A model generated the notes under the pieces. That model saw only the letters and a list, made by a program, of their open reading frames with translations, was not told where the DNA came from and did not search any database. The position numbers and the translations under genes are program-made. A stretch of DNA of 64,000 nucleotides. Origin: Camelus dromedarius (Eukaryota). This document shows positions 51,445-63,049 of this stretch, piece after piece (position 1 is the stretch's first letter; each line of letters starts with the position of its first letter). The stretch is from the NCBI RefSeq assembly GCF_036321535.1, contig NC_087436.1, positions 82,152,001 through 82,216,000 on the forward strand, written 5' to 3'.

Positions 51445-54400
51445 GCTTAATAAACCAGAAAGCTACCCCATATGGCTGGCAAAACCCTATTAGTTGCAAG
51501 GAGAAGGTAGACAGCCCAGAAGAATGAGAGCTCCCGGCTTACCCTGTGCTGTCCTGGGACTTGGACTGGTCACTTCCTGTCTCTCCTGCCTTCCTCTGCC
51601 CTGCCCAGGAGCCTTGGTGAGCAAGGCCCAGGAGGGAGTTGCCCAGCAGACAGTGTGGGTGAGAGTGAGTTTCTCTCTAGTACTAAGTCTAGACCTCATA
51701 AAACTCATCCTACCAGTGACACTTGTGATGTTTTTTCCTCACCTCACTACTTGTGGGTTTTTCAGTTGAAGGGTGATGGTGGATAAAAAAAAAAAAATAG
51801 ATTCAAAGCTCATGTCAGAGTTGGAATGGTATTACACATGCCTGCCAATAACATCTGGGTGTGGCTACTTAACTTTTTTTTAAAAAAACTAATGTGGTTA
51901 AACATTTAATTAAGCACAATCCTTAATTTAGTAGAATTTCCTCCTGGTGGGAGGCCCGCACTTCAGTTTTTGAATCACATAGCAATAAGCCAGTGTTTGG
52001 AATTTTGTAAAATTGAGTTATTTCTGTAGCAGCTTTTATTATTTTGGAAAGAAAATCTAGAAGTGTGATGAAACCTAATCGATGCTGAGCTGAAGCTGAG
52101 CTGATTGATTTAGAAACACTTTAGTAATTTTAAACCAATGTAGCTTTTCTTAAAGATGCGTGTATTGTTGACAGGAAAATTAAGCGAGGACCTCGAGCAG
52201 TCTGACAGTTGAGGTGCTACGGTTACACACGCTCACTTTTCACATGACTGAGGATTTTGCCATTTGGGTTCCGTTTTCTGAGACAGAGGTAGCAATTTCT
52301 CAGAAGCAGGCAGAGCTCTGCCTCTTAAAGCAGAGCCACAGGCCGTGAGTGCTCATAAGCCAGTCAAGCTGCGGAGGCCCCACTGTTGTAACCAGCAGAA
52401 TCGGACAAGGGACAACCCCCCTGTGGTGAGAACAGCAAGGCAGATGCCCTTGCAAAGCTGCTTCCCCTTCTGCGCGGGTTGCCTGTACCAGGTAGCTCTG
52501 GGGAAGAGAAGCTTGAGAGTTCAAGTTGCTTAGAAGACAGTTGTATGACCTACCCCTCCTGCAAACAAAGTGGCGGTTGAAGGAAAAAGTTACTTCTTGC
52601 TCAACCCTCTTACTTGGCTCTCATGGTTGGATGTTAATGCTACGTGGCTTTTTTTTCTTTTTTTTGAGCCAACAAGAACTACCAAAATCATAAAACAATA
52701 GAAAGGAATTCTTGAGTGGTCACCACTGTGCTGCTGTCCACCAGAAGTAAGTCTAATGTCCGAGACGTGTGCAATTCAGACTCTGTTATTAAAGAAGACT
52801 CCATAGAAGAGCCAGTATGTCGACTAACATAAGTGTTCACTTTGTAGTTCTCTTGAAATCTGATACCAAGACATCCATTATCTAGGGAAAGTTTTTGATA
52901 CAACAGTCTAAGCAGATTATTCTTTACTACTTCCCAGTGAATTCAGTCTAGTGAGTTAATTACCCCCACCCTCAACCTGTAGATTGAAAGGTTATGGAAA
53001 TAGCAGACAATCATTTTTTAGATGGTTACAGATTTTAACAGTTTAAAAACTGTTTTTGCATGTGCATTCTGGAGTTAAGTTTTTTTAAAAGTTACAAGTA
53101 AATTTATAAAGATAGGCTGTAAGATAGTGGCTGTTTTTTAATTAAAAAACTTAAATGTTTTGCGCCTATTCAAAATACCATGCATTAGCACCAGGATAAA
53201 AATATGAGAGGTTCTATTATGATGGGGTTCACATTCAAGAGGAAAGGGGAGAAGGTGAGAGAACCAATCAGTATGTTAAATCAGCACATACTTGGTAGCT
53301 TTGAGGAAGCCTTTAGGGTGGGTGCAATTGGAATCACCCTAGATGTGCTGGTAGTTGAAAATTGGGGATAGAGGTATGTGGTTGAGAGAGGCAGAGGAAA
53401 TTCGTGGGATTAGAATGAAAGTATCCAAGTCCAGGATATCACTAGGGAGCAGGGAGTCACCTGGTGTGCCTGGAATATAGAGGTGGTTTGCAGAAGCATT
53501 GAACTTTGTAGATCAACTGGTCCTGGAAGAATTGGTTATCTTTCAGTAGAAGGTTCTACGGTCGGGGGATTGGAGCAAGAGGCTGCCCTTCACAGATGTT
53601 TGGGGCATGGACATGACTGTTAGAATGCATGTAGTAGGTCTGTGGGGAGACAGGTAATTTCTAGGGTAGATCTGCACTAGATTATGGGGGAATTTTAATG
53701 CCAAAGCACGGATTTAGGGTTTATTCTGCAGCAATAAAGAGCCATCGAACGCTTGTTATTTTAGAGTATGGATATAGTAACCTGAAAACCAGAGTCCTAG
53801 ATCAGATTTCCTTCCATAAGAATGCTAAATTATAGGGACAAGACTTAAGGTTGGGGGGCAGGAGACCAGCAGGCAGGCTTTTGTCAGAGGAAATCAGAGA
53901 AGTCCTGAGAGGGGAGAGAGGCCAGGAAGGAGTGAAGGAGGGTGTCTGACATCAAGGCTGGAATCTCTGAAGGTAGACAGTCTTGGAGAGGCAGTTGAAT
54001 GTTTTCTTATTTATTCAAATAACGTTGTGGTGACGTTGGGGGGAGGGATTCAGTAGATACCCTAAAGCAAGTCTATGAGGACAAAAGTTGACTTATGGTT
54101 CTTATTTTCATTATTCTTGCATGTCACATGTTGGGGTTGGGAGGGCATGGCCCAAGTTGCTGACCTCAGGCAAGCCCACTTTTAGTTTATATCAAAAACT
54201 GGGCTCTTTGGTTTCCATCTTTGTGATTTGTTTGACAGTAGATGCATTTTTAACTCCTTTGGTGCCAGGGCTGATGATTTAGGATACATTTTTATATTGT
54301 TTAAGTCGATGATAGGTTTCTCAGTAGATAAAGCTGGTATCTAAAATTGGATTTTCCCATCCTTGACACCTGAAATGAGAAATACAAATTATCTTTTCAG

Positions 54401-54947
54401 GTTTACATGCCAAGACACTTCCAGTGGAGTGGGCAGAAAATAAAGTAAATGCTGTTTTGGGTGCCTGGTAATCTTTTAATTACAAAATAAGCCTTTTGAT
54501 TTTAATCTTCTAAAATGTACAGTACTGATCCAGGAAAACAGCCTTTTCACAGTTCACATCCTGCTGACTCCTTCAGATGAAAAGCTTCTACCTCTACCCT
54601 GTGTTTTGCAAGCTGGAAGTAAAAATATTATAAATCTTGTCTTGGTTCCACCACTACCTATAAAAGACTGTCCCGTTTGGAGTCAGTCCTGAGTCATGAA
54701 GGCAGTAGCCCAGAGTGAAAATTTTGGTTTCCAGAGCCAAGACCCAAGGCTGGAGGGTCATGGCCAGTTGACTGAGGCCTTAATTTAATCTGGGAATGGG
54801 TTAAGGGATTTACACTTTCTTTAAGTCAGCTTCCTTGTTGCTGCTGCTGCTTGAGCAGTCCTTGCCTCCCTCACACATGCGCATATGCACAGCAAAGCCC
54901 GGATACTGATAAACTTTGTTTTTGTTCTTTTGTGGCATCTGAAGCAG

Positions 54948-55068
54948 CTTGTACAATGAAGACAGAAACCTGCTTCGAATTAAAGAGAAGGAAAGACGCA
55001 ACCAGGAAGCTCATCAAGAGAAAGAGACATTTTCTGAAAAGGTCCCGCTCTTTGGCGAGCCCTACAAG
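54948..55068 (+). CDS. AFF1: AFF1 internal coding exon, 121 nt: (S)[40 protein letters not shown]
   Basis: T-rich tract plus aagcag| acceptor and AAG|gtattt donor. The translation is the conserved AF4/FMR2-family N-terminus. Phases fit both neighbouring exons. Confidence 0.97.
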
Positions 55069-55457
55069 GTATTTCTTGTATGCGCGAGAGTCTGATTTTA
55101 TCACCATATTTGACTTTGAGATGAAAGTGAATTTGAACAAGGGTCACAACTGTGAAAATAGGACAATTTATCCTAGAAATTGTTGAATACAAAATATGAA
55201 AATTCTCTGAACCTTGCTAGTCAAAATTACCAAAGTTTGTGGTTTTCTTTTGTAATGTTAGTCTCCTGTATTTGGTAGTATTTGTCCATGACAGGCTTTT
55301 GAACAGGGGAATTGAGTTAAAATTGCACGTTAAATTCTGTGTTTCACATTAAATCAAGGTGTTTCTTTTTTAATGACATCACTTAACATGGCTTATTAAA
55401 TGGTGGTTTTCCTCCCCCTTTCCACCCTTAGTATCTAACTCTGCTGTCTTTTTGCAG
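55069..55457 (+). other. AFF1: AFF1 short intron (389 nt)
   Basis: gtattt...ttgcag, phase 0, joining ...GEPYK to TDKGDEL... Confidence 0.95.
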
Positions 55458-56369
55458 ACAGATAAAGGTGATGAGCTATCCAGTCGATTACAGAACATGT
55501 TGGGAAACTATGAAGAAGTGAAGGAGTTCCTTAGTTCCAAGTCCCACCCTCAGCGCTTGGATGCTTCCGAAAATAGGTTGGCAAAGCCGAGATATCCTTT
55601 ATTTCCTGAGAAGGGGAGCAGCATTCCATCCCACTCCTTCCACTCTAGTGTCCACCACCAGCCTGTTAACACTCCTGCCTCCGGACCACTTCCTGTTGGT
55701 AACCCAAAGATGGCGCAGCCAAGAATGGAACCAATGCCGAGTCTCCATGTCAAAAGCTACGGCCCACCGGATGGCCAGCACCTGACTCAGGAGCGCCTTG
55801 GTCAGGAGGGGTACGGCTCTGGTCATCCCAAAAAAGGTGACCGCAGGGCTGACGGAGACCACTGTGCTTCCATGACAGACTCCGCTCCAGAGAGGGCGCT
55901 TTCTCCTTTGTTCTCCTCTCTGCCTTCCCCAGTGCCCCCCTTGTCACCTGTACATTCCAACCAGCAGACTCTTCCCAGGACGCAAGGAAGCAACAAGGTT
56001 CACAGCAGTAGCAGTAACAATAAAGGCTACTGCCCGGCCAAATCTCCCAAGGACCCGGTGGGAAAGGGCCATGATAAAGAGACCCCACAAGACAGTTCAG
56101 TGGCGGTTGCCAGCCTTGGGGTAGCCCCTCCCCAGCCACCTTCTCAGACTTTCCCCCCACCCCCACTCCCCTCAAAAAGCGTTGCAATGCAGCAGAAGCC
56201 CACGGCTTATGTCCGGCCCATGGATGGTCAAGATCAGGCTCCTAGTGAGTCTCCTGAACTGAAACCACTGCCAGAGGACTACCGGCCACAGACCTTTGAA
56301 AAGACAGACTTAAAAGTGCCTGCCAAAGCCAAGCTCACTAAGCTGAAAATGCCTTCTCAGTCCGTCGAG
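55458..56369 (+). CDS. AFF1: AFF1 large coding exon, 912 nt / 304 codons (TDKGDELSSRLQNMLGNYEEVKEFL...KPTAYVRPMDGQDQAP...KLKMPSQSVE)
   Basis: Lies within ORF 55452..56462. Branch-like CTAAC at 55435-55439, acceptor tttttgcag|, donor GAG|gtgagt at 56370. The peptide is recognisably AFF1, covering part of the Cyclin T1-binding region and the SIAH degron. Confidence 0.98.
56199..56219 (+). other. AFF1: SIAH-binding degron P-x-A-x-V-x-P (PTAYVRP) coding sequence
   Basis: ccc acg gct tat gtc cgg ccc, in frame. This is the established SIAH1/2 degron of AFF-family proteins. Confidence 0.9.
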
Positions 56370-58749
56370 GTGAGTGGAATCTTTCACATCTGGGTCAATT
56401 CCAGGGTGAGGAAAGATTTGAGGTGGAAGTTTCCAGAGAATTGGGGGCAGGGGTGTCAGTGACCTTTGTTTAGGGAGATTCCTTTCTGGCTTTGGGATCT
56501 TGTTGACCCACAAAAAACTCAGGTCTGAGATGGATTACTGATGACAGGTACTGAAATGTGATATGTAGAAAGTTTTAAAAAATCTTTTTTATTGAGCCAT
56601 AATTGACATACAGTGAAATAGTGGGATGGGAACAGTTTGCTGTGTTTTGAAAAATGTACACACCTGTACGACCCACAACCCAATCAACACAGAAGACATT
56701 TCTATCATGAGACAGTTTCTGGAAGGTTTGGAACTGTCTGACTTTTTTTGGTTTTGGGGAACACTGGCTTTAAAGACAGTGTAAAGAAGACAGATTTGGG
56801 GGGGTGGTTAATACTTCCTCAGCCCCAGTTGGTTTTTCCTCAGATCCAAACCATAAAAAAGTGAAAACGAGGTCAGAGGTCAGAATGTCGAAGACCAAGT
56901 ATTAATTTTTAAAGATTTGTTCCCTATAAATTGTAAGAAACTTTGAAACTAAATTTCTGTTCTAATACATTTTATTTACCACCTACCAAAGAAGAGTAGG
57001 GTTGTGGTGACTTCTCATTTGAGAGTGAGTCACAAATTATACAGAATGTTCCTCAGCTATGGCTTTTTCGAATAACCAAAGTACTTTATCTTCTTAAACA
57101 AAGGGAAAACTCCTTTATCTGCTCCTTTTGACAAACGGTGTTTGAGTGAAGTGAATCAGAGCACACATCCTATCACTGAAATTTTAACTTAGCACAAGTT
57201 ACTCAAATTCGGATTAATAGTGCAAAGTGAAATGTTTGAAGTGAATTTATTTTAGCCCTAATCTGTTGAGGTAAAGTCTGTGGTTTAGTTACATCTGTTG
57301 GATAAACATTCTAATTTGCATATCCACTGCTCAAATGCTGTGCCCAGATACCAGTTTTACATAGTGCTAGAAGTAAAATGCCGTAAGAATGGAAAAAAAG
57401 AAGTCTCCAAGATCTTTTAGCCAGAAAGAACCCTTATCTTGAAGGAGGAAAATCTATTCCTTTGTGGTGTCAGCTTTTGGTTTAGAAGAGGTTAACGTTC
57501 TGTCCGCAGTCAGCTCCTGAGCTGGAGTATCTCCAGATGTCTTCAGAATGTTTGGAGGTTTGGAAAAGGAAAGGTTTGGAGGCTGAGGAAATATTAGAGG
57601 AGGGGAGTAAAGCGGATGGTAGAAATGACCAAGACGCCAGAACTCTCCCTTTAACCCCGTTAAGTTATGCAGATTCACTGCAGTGAGCCATTTATTGAAC
57701 ATTTTGGGCTGTGATAGGCAGTAGGGATGGATAGGGAACAGAATGAAGATGGAGAAGAATAAAGTGAGGTCCTCCCTCCTCCTATAGTTAGCTAGCCTAC
57801 CTTGTGATTCAGACGGTAAAGAACTTAATGGAATTTTCTTTGCTTGATTTATCAACTAAGGTCTGTTCTGCTTTCCTAGTTTAAAAAAAAAAAGGGTAAG
57901 GGGACATTTTAACATTCTTTCTTTAAAAAGAAAACTAAGCAACTCAAATTTGCTTTAAAATAACTTAGAGACAAATTAGCAAATATTTGCATTGTCTACC
58001 AAATGTCCAACCATATGCATAAATATAGGGTGAGGTGCCAAAAAGCCCTTGCCCCTCCCCCAGGGAGATGACAGTCTAGTGTGGAGGTCATGAAACAATT
58101 AGCTGTCTGCTACTAGGTGCAGAGAGGAAGTTCCAAATGTCAGCCTTAACACAGTGGACCCATGTAAATTCCACCAATAGGTTTACCAGTAGACCTTTTA
58201 GGCAAGAGGATCCCAGTTAAACTTTTGTTTTCTTGATGGAAAAAAGATGAGTTGAGATTTCTCCGACATTTTAAAGCTCCTCAGATTTAATATATTTTTC
58301 AAACATAGGACTATATTAGATGGCCCTTGCATATGAAACAAACAAAATCCTCGGTAAGTTTGGTGATGAGAGAATGGAGTTTTCTTGGCTTTTCTTGATC
58401 TGCTATCAACAACTGAGTAGATGTGAACTTTTCATCTTCAGCCTGTGCTTGCAGTCAGCATTCATTTTAACACAATGGCTCCCTCTGGTCTCTGATCAGG
58501 GTTCCCAGGCCAGTGGCAGCTGAGGTGCCAACTGCCTTGAAGCCCTTGGGAGGATGAAACTCGGGGGTCGGGCAGATGGAGGGCTCTCGGCAAAGAACTT
58601 GTAATGAAGAGGTAGTGAATCTGGGAAGCACGGATATTGGCGCTGGCTGGATTTTAGATTTGGTCTAGTTCTTTCTAGTGAGAACTCACATTTCACAGGC
58701 TTACTTTTAATTTTCTGTTCAGAGACCCAATAAAATGTTTTTTTGGTTT

Positions 58750-58820
58750 GTTTTTTAATTGAAGTACAGTCAGTTTACAATTTTGTGTCACTTTCTGGAG
58801 TATAGAATAATGTTTCAGTC
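58750..58820 (-). mobile_element. Short L1 3'-end fragment
   Basis: ttttaattgaagtacagtcagtttacaattttgtgtc...tctgg resembles the 3' end of the L1 at 62083. Confidence 0.75.
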
Positions 58821-59896
58821 ATACACATAGACACATTCCTGTTCACTAAAATGGCTGCTTTGTAATGGCTTATAAAATACGTAGATTGGATTTTTAAAAT
58901 CTCAAATTTTGATATTCTAGGGAATCAGAGGAAAACGTAGAGGTGGGAGACAGAAAAAGCAGGGAATTAGCCACAGAGCATATGTATATGAAGGAGCACA
59001 TTAGTGATGTCTTGGCTGTTTGTGGCACTGGGGCCGGAGGACAGAGAATGCCGGGGCAGAAGGGGAAGTTGGCTGTTGGTTGAGCTCCGAGAAGGAGGGT
59101 TGGGGTAGCTAAGTGGTTTTCCTTTATTTGCTTAATTTGTCCTAGGGCAAGTCAGAGGAGGTTTTCTTTCCTGGCTTTCTGAGTGTGAGGGTTTTGTGGT
59201 TTGTTTCATTGCTCCCCCTACTCCACTGCTTCCATCAAACAGTATTTTAGAAAATGACCCCGAACGGGAAAGTCATCTTGTCTGTCCGGCGCTGCTTCGT
59301 TCTTAAGCCATGCTGTGTGGGTTCCTTGCTACTTTCTGTCCTCTCACTTCATAGGAAGCGGTTGGTTTGTGTATTTCACTTGGTTCTCCTAAAAAATAGT
59401 ATTCCTTTCTAGGAGAGGCCATTCTCACCGTTAAAACTTAATCTTAGAAAAACTTATCCGAAGGGCAGTATTCTGACTACGTAGAGGCCAGAGCACAAAA
59501 TCTGCACTGGGTTTGTCTCTGGGCATTTGGTTTTAGTTTTGTGTCACCTGGAAGATGTAAGGCAGCTTGGAACAACCCCTCTGAGGGTATAGCCAGGACT
59601 CCGCCGTCTCACATGGATGCCTTCCAGCTGTAGAGTTACCACAGCAGAGGCAGACCTGCCCACATGGAAGGCCGCGCTTCATTTTAGCCCTCTTTTCTGC
59701 CTGAAGTTAACATACGAAAGTGAGAGGTAAACTGTGGCATCTCTGTGTGAGTGTTCCTGATTGTGGACCCTGGGCTGGAGTGGATGTGCTTAGGTGCAGG
59801 ACTTAAGAAATAGGCATTTTACTGAAAGGGGGAAATGAAATAAGCTGAGGCGGGCATGTAAAATTGTATACTGGATTTAGAATGTTAGAATTTTAA

Positions 59897-60021
59897 TTGT
59901 TTTTGACGGGGACGGGGTAAGTAGGTTTTTAATCATTTATTTTAATGGAGGTACTAGGGATTGAACCCAGGACCTTGTGCATGCTAAGCATGCGCTCTAC
60001 CACTCAGCTATACCCTCCCCA
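59897..60021 (-). mobile_element. tRNA-derived SINE (Vic-1-like)
   Basis: Full family motif on the minus strand. Perfect 19-bp TSD tagaatgttagaattttaa at 59878-59896 and 60024-60042. Confidence 0.93.
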
Positions 60022-60169
60022 CCTAGAATGTTAGAATTTTAAAGCTCAATCTGCAGCCCGTTGATTTTTCAAATAAGGCAGAGGAGGGTGAACTCACTTA
60101 ATTTTGCTGCAGTTTAGTTGGTAGCAGAGCCAGAGCTAGAACTCTCAGTTCTTTGGTCTTTCTACTTCT

Positions 60170-60850
60170 GCTTGTTAAGTTTGAATGGAGACCGTTGGAG
60201 GATCTTGAGTAGGGGAGTGATATATGTACTTTCTCTTTTGAAAAGGACCGTTCAGGCTCATGGGTGGAAAATGACATGGAGGGTGAAGGGTGGCAGAAGT
60301 AGGGAGGCCAGTTAGGTGGTGGGAAATGGTGATGGCTCAGAGTAGGATACTAGCAGTGGGTGTAGTGAGAAGTGGACAGATTCCAGATATACTGGGCAAG
60401 GGACTGGCAGGGCTTTGTGATTGACTGGAGATGGGAGTGGGTCGCAGGCACCAGAGAAAGTGAGAAATCAAGAAAGGCCCTTAGATTTTTGTTTTTTTTA
60501 CTTGAAAGGTGTGGATGGTGGGATGATACCTGTTACTGAGATGGAGTTGACCTGGGCAGAACAGGTTTGGAGGGACATCCAAGAGCTCTGAATAGATTGT
60601 ATATTAAGTTTGAGATGGCATTGTATTTCCAGGTAAACACGACAAGTTGGCAGTCGTCAGCAGCAGACCAGCTCAGAGAAAATATTAGGACTGGATGTTT
60701 GTGTGGGGCCCAGTGGTAAGGCTGGGTGAGAATCAGGAGATTGGAGATACGTGAAATGGAGCCAGCATTCAATTAGCACACAACACAGGTCAGTCAAAGT
60801 CAGGAAAATAGGAAAGGAGGTAACGAACCACTCCAGGGAGAAGTCCAGGA
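60170..60850 (-). mobile_element. L2 fragment
   Basis: ggagaccgttggaggat...agggaggccagttagg...gagaagtggacagattccagatat...aagtttgagatg. Confidence 0.7.
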
Positions 60851-62082
60851 AGGAGGTGCTCGGCACGAGCAGTGGTCTCCAGTCCGGTCATGGGACAAGT
60901 GTGAGCTGGAAGTTGTCCTCTCTGCCGACAGAGCCTCTGGTAGCATCCACATGGAATGTGGATCCACACCTCTCAGCAGGTGAAGTCAGGTCCTCCAGTG
61001 AAGATCCTTAAAGTCGTGTGGCCCAGTGGGCTCATTGTAAGGAGTCTGTCAGTAGGTGTATTGGTTTTACTCAAAAACACTTGCAGCCCTGCCGTGGACT
61101 TTTCAAAACAACTAACACAGAAGTTCACATTGGCCTCTGGGACTCCATTCTGAATGACTTAACACTGCTTAAGTCCTGTAAGTTTCACACACAATGAGTA
61201 GAAATCCTAACAAAAGAAATCACATCTTTGCACTGGGAATAATAAATTTGGGCTATGTTTGCATATAGTGGGTATTTAAAGCTTGGGGACTAGGCAGGTG
61301 AGCCTGATAAGGCCCTCCCTGGCTCAGTTTTACCTGCGGCCAGGGCAGTGGGTGGGGACAAATAAGGACCTGCTGGGTCTTCAGAAGCAGAAATTGAAAA
61401 TCGTCTTGGAAATTTGAGAATCTGCTTATAGATTAGGGGAAATTATATATAGGCTTTTTTTTTTTTCACTTAGGGTTTGAAGTGTACATGTAAATAGTAC
61501 AGTTATCTTAATTTACCAGAGTAAGTCACTGAAACTTAGCAGAATTTACCGTCAATTTAAATTTGCTACTGCTTCTACCTCCTTATATGTTCGCACTCCA
61601 TTCCCCTCCAGAGGAAGTCGTGCTGTGAGTCCTGATAGCTTCTGATTTCTGCAGAGCAGTTGCTCTTTTCCTTGTGGCCTCTCATGACATCATTTGGGAA
61701 CATTTTCTGTTAACCAGATCCTTCCACCTAATTTCCAAGACTGAAGTTTCACCTGCAGCTGTGAATTCGTTGTTGGACTACTTTGACTCATGGCAACTCT
61801 TAAACTGAGTCTTCCGTTTTCAGTAAATTGCCAACCTAACAGAAGTAATCCGCAGTGGAAAACTGTGATGGTGATTCACTTTGCATTCATGTGTGTAGTC
61901 TTTTCCTACTTTCATAGTTCAGCTTTGTTATTTTAAACCCTGAAAAGAGGAACTTCCCTGTTATGAAATGATCTGCCCCTTCAGGAGGTTCACTTTTGAT
62001 GTGTTGATGGCGTATGTAGTGCTGATCATCACTTAAAATACAGTAAAGCTCTCCTATATGCATCATCAGTTCAGCAACTTTT

Positions 62083-62740
62083 TTCTAAACATTTTTTATT
62101 GAGTTATAGTCATTTTACAATGTTGTGTCAAATTCCAGTGTAGAGCACAATTTTTCAGTTATATATGAACATAGGGTATATTCATTGTCACATTTTTTTT
62201 CACTGTGAGCTACCACACGATCTTGTATTTATTTCCCTGTGCTATACAGTATAGTCTTGTTTATCTATTCTACATATGCCTGTCAGTATCTACAAATTTT
62301 GAATTCTCGGTCTATCCCTTCCCACCACCCTCCCCCTTGGCAACCACAAGTTTGCATTCTGTCTATGAGTCTGTTTCTGTTTTGTGTTTTTCTTCTTCTT
62401 CTTCTTTTTTTATTTTGATTCCACATATGCGTGATCTCGTGGTATTTTTCTTTCTCTTTCTTGCTTACTTCACTTAGAATGACATTCTCCAGGGACATCC
62501 AAGTTGCTGCAAATGATGTTATGTTGTCGGTTTTTATGGCTGAATAGTATTCCATTGTATAAATATACCACCTCTTTAACTAGTCATCTCTTGATGGACA
62601 TTTAGGCTGTTTCCATGTCTTGGCTATTGTAAATAGTGCTGCTATGAACATTGGGGTGCAGGTGTCTTTTTGAAGTAGGGTTCCTTCTGGATGTGCCCAG
62701 GAGTGGGATTACTGGGTCATATGGTAAGTCTATTCCTAGT
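62083..62740 (-). mobile_element. 5'-truncated, relatively young LINE-1 (ORF2 C-terminus plus 3' UTR)
   Basis: ORF 62283..62555 MEYYSAIK...FAATWMSLENVILSEVS is the L1 ORF2 C-terminus. Perfect 15-bp TSD agttcagcaactttt at 62068-62082 and 62741-62755. Confidence 0.95.
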
Positions 62741-63049
62741 AGTTCAGCAACTTTTAACTAAAATACCTACAGCGTCTACTATCTGCCAGGCCTCTTGCTG
62801 GGGCTGGGGTCACAATGGCGGTCAAAACCCAGATGATTCCAGTCCTTTTGGACCTTAACTATCTAGTTAGAAACTGACAGTATTCAGTAACCACTTAGAT
62901 CAGTGTGTAAGAACTTTGGCAGGTTCTATAAAGGAACCTACAAACTATTGTAAGATTGATAAAAGGGATTGTGGTTTAGAACGTAGGCACTTAGGGAAGA
63001 AGTATTGAGTGAGACCTGAATGTGGGTCAAAGTGACAGAAGTGAGAGAC

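Larger units (their letters stand above)
22198..54947 (+). other. AFF1: AFF1 intron (~32.75 kb), GT...AG
   Basis: Bounded by the gtaagg donor and the cag acceptor. Repeat-rich, with no credible coding exon seen. Confidence 0.85.

Noticed and set aside
54810..55192. Unspliced ORFs 54851..55186, 54871..55140 and neighbours
   Set aside because: They cross splice sites. The real coding frame is the 121-nt exon, and the spliced +1 frame is treated separately.
55550..56513. Antisense and alternative-frame ORFs over the large exon (e.g. 55750..56187, 145 aa)
   Set aside because: Shadows of the GC-rich AFF1 coding exon, with no recognisable domain or promoter.
57454..57855. 133-aa minus-strand ORF
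   Set aside because: Non-ATG start, no protein-like signature, consistent with chance.
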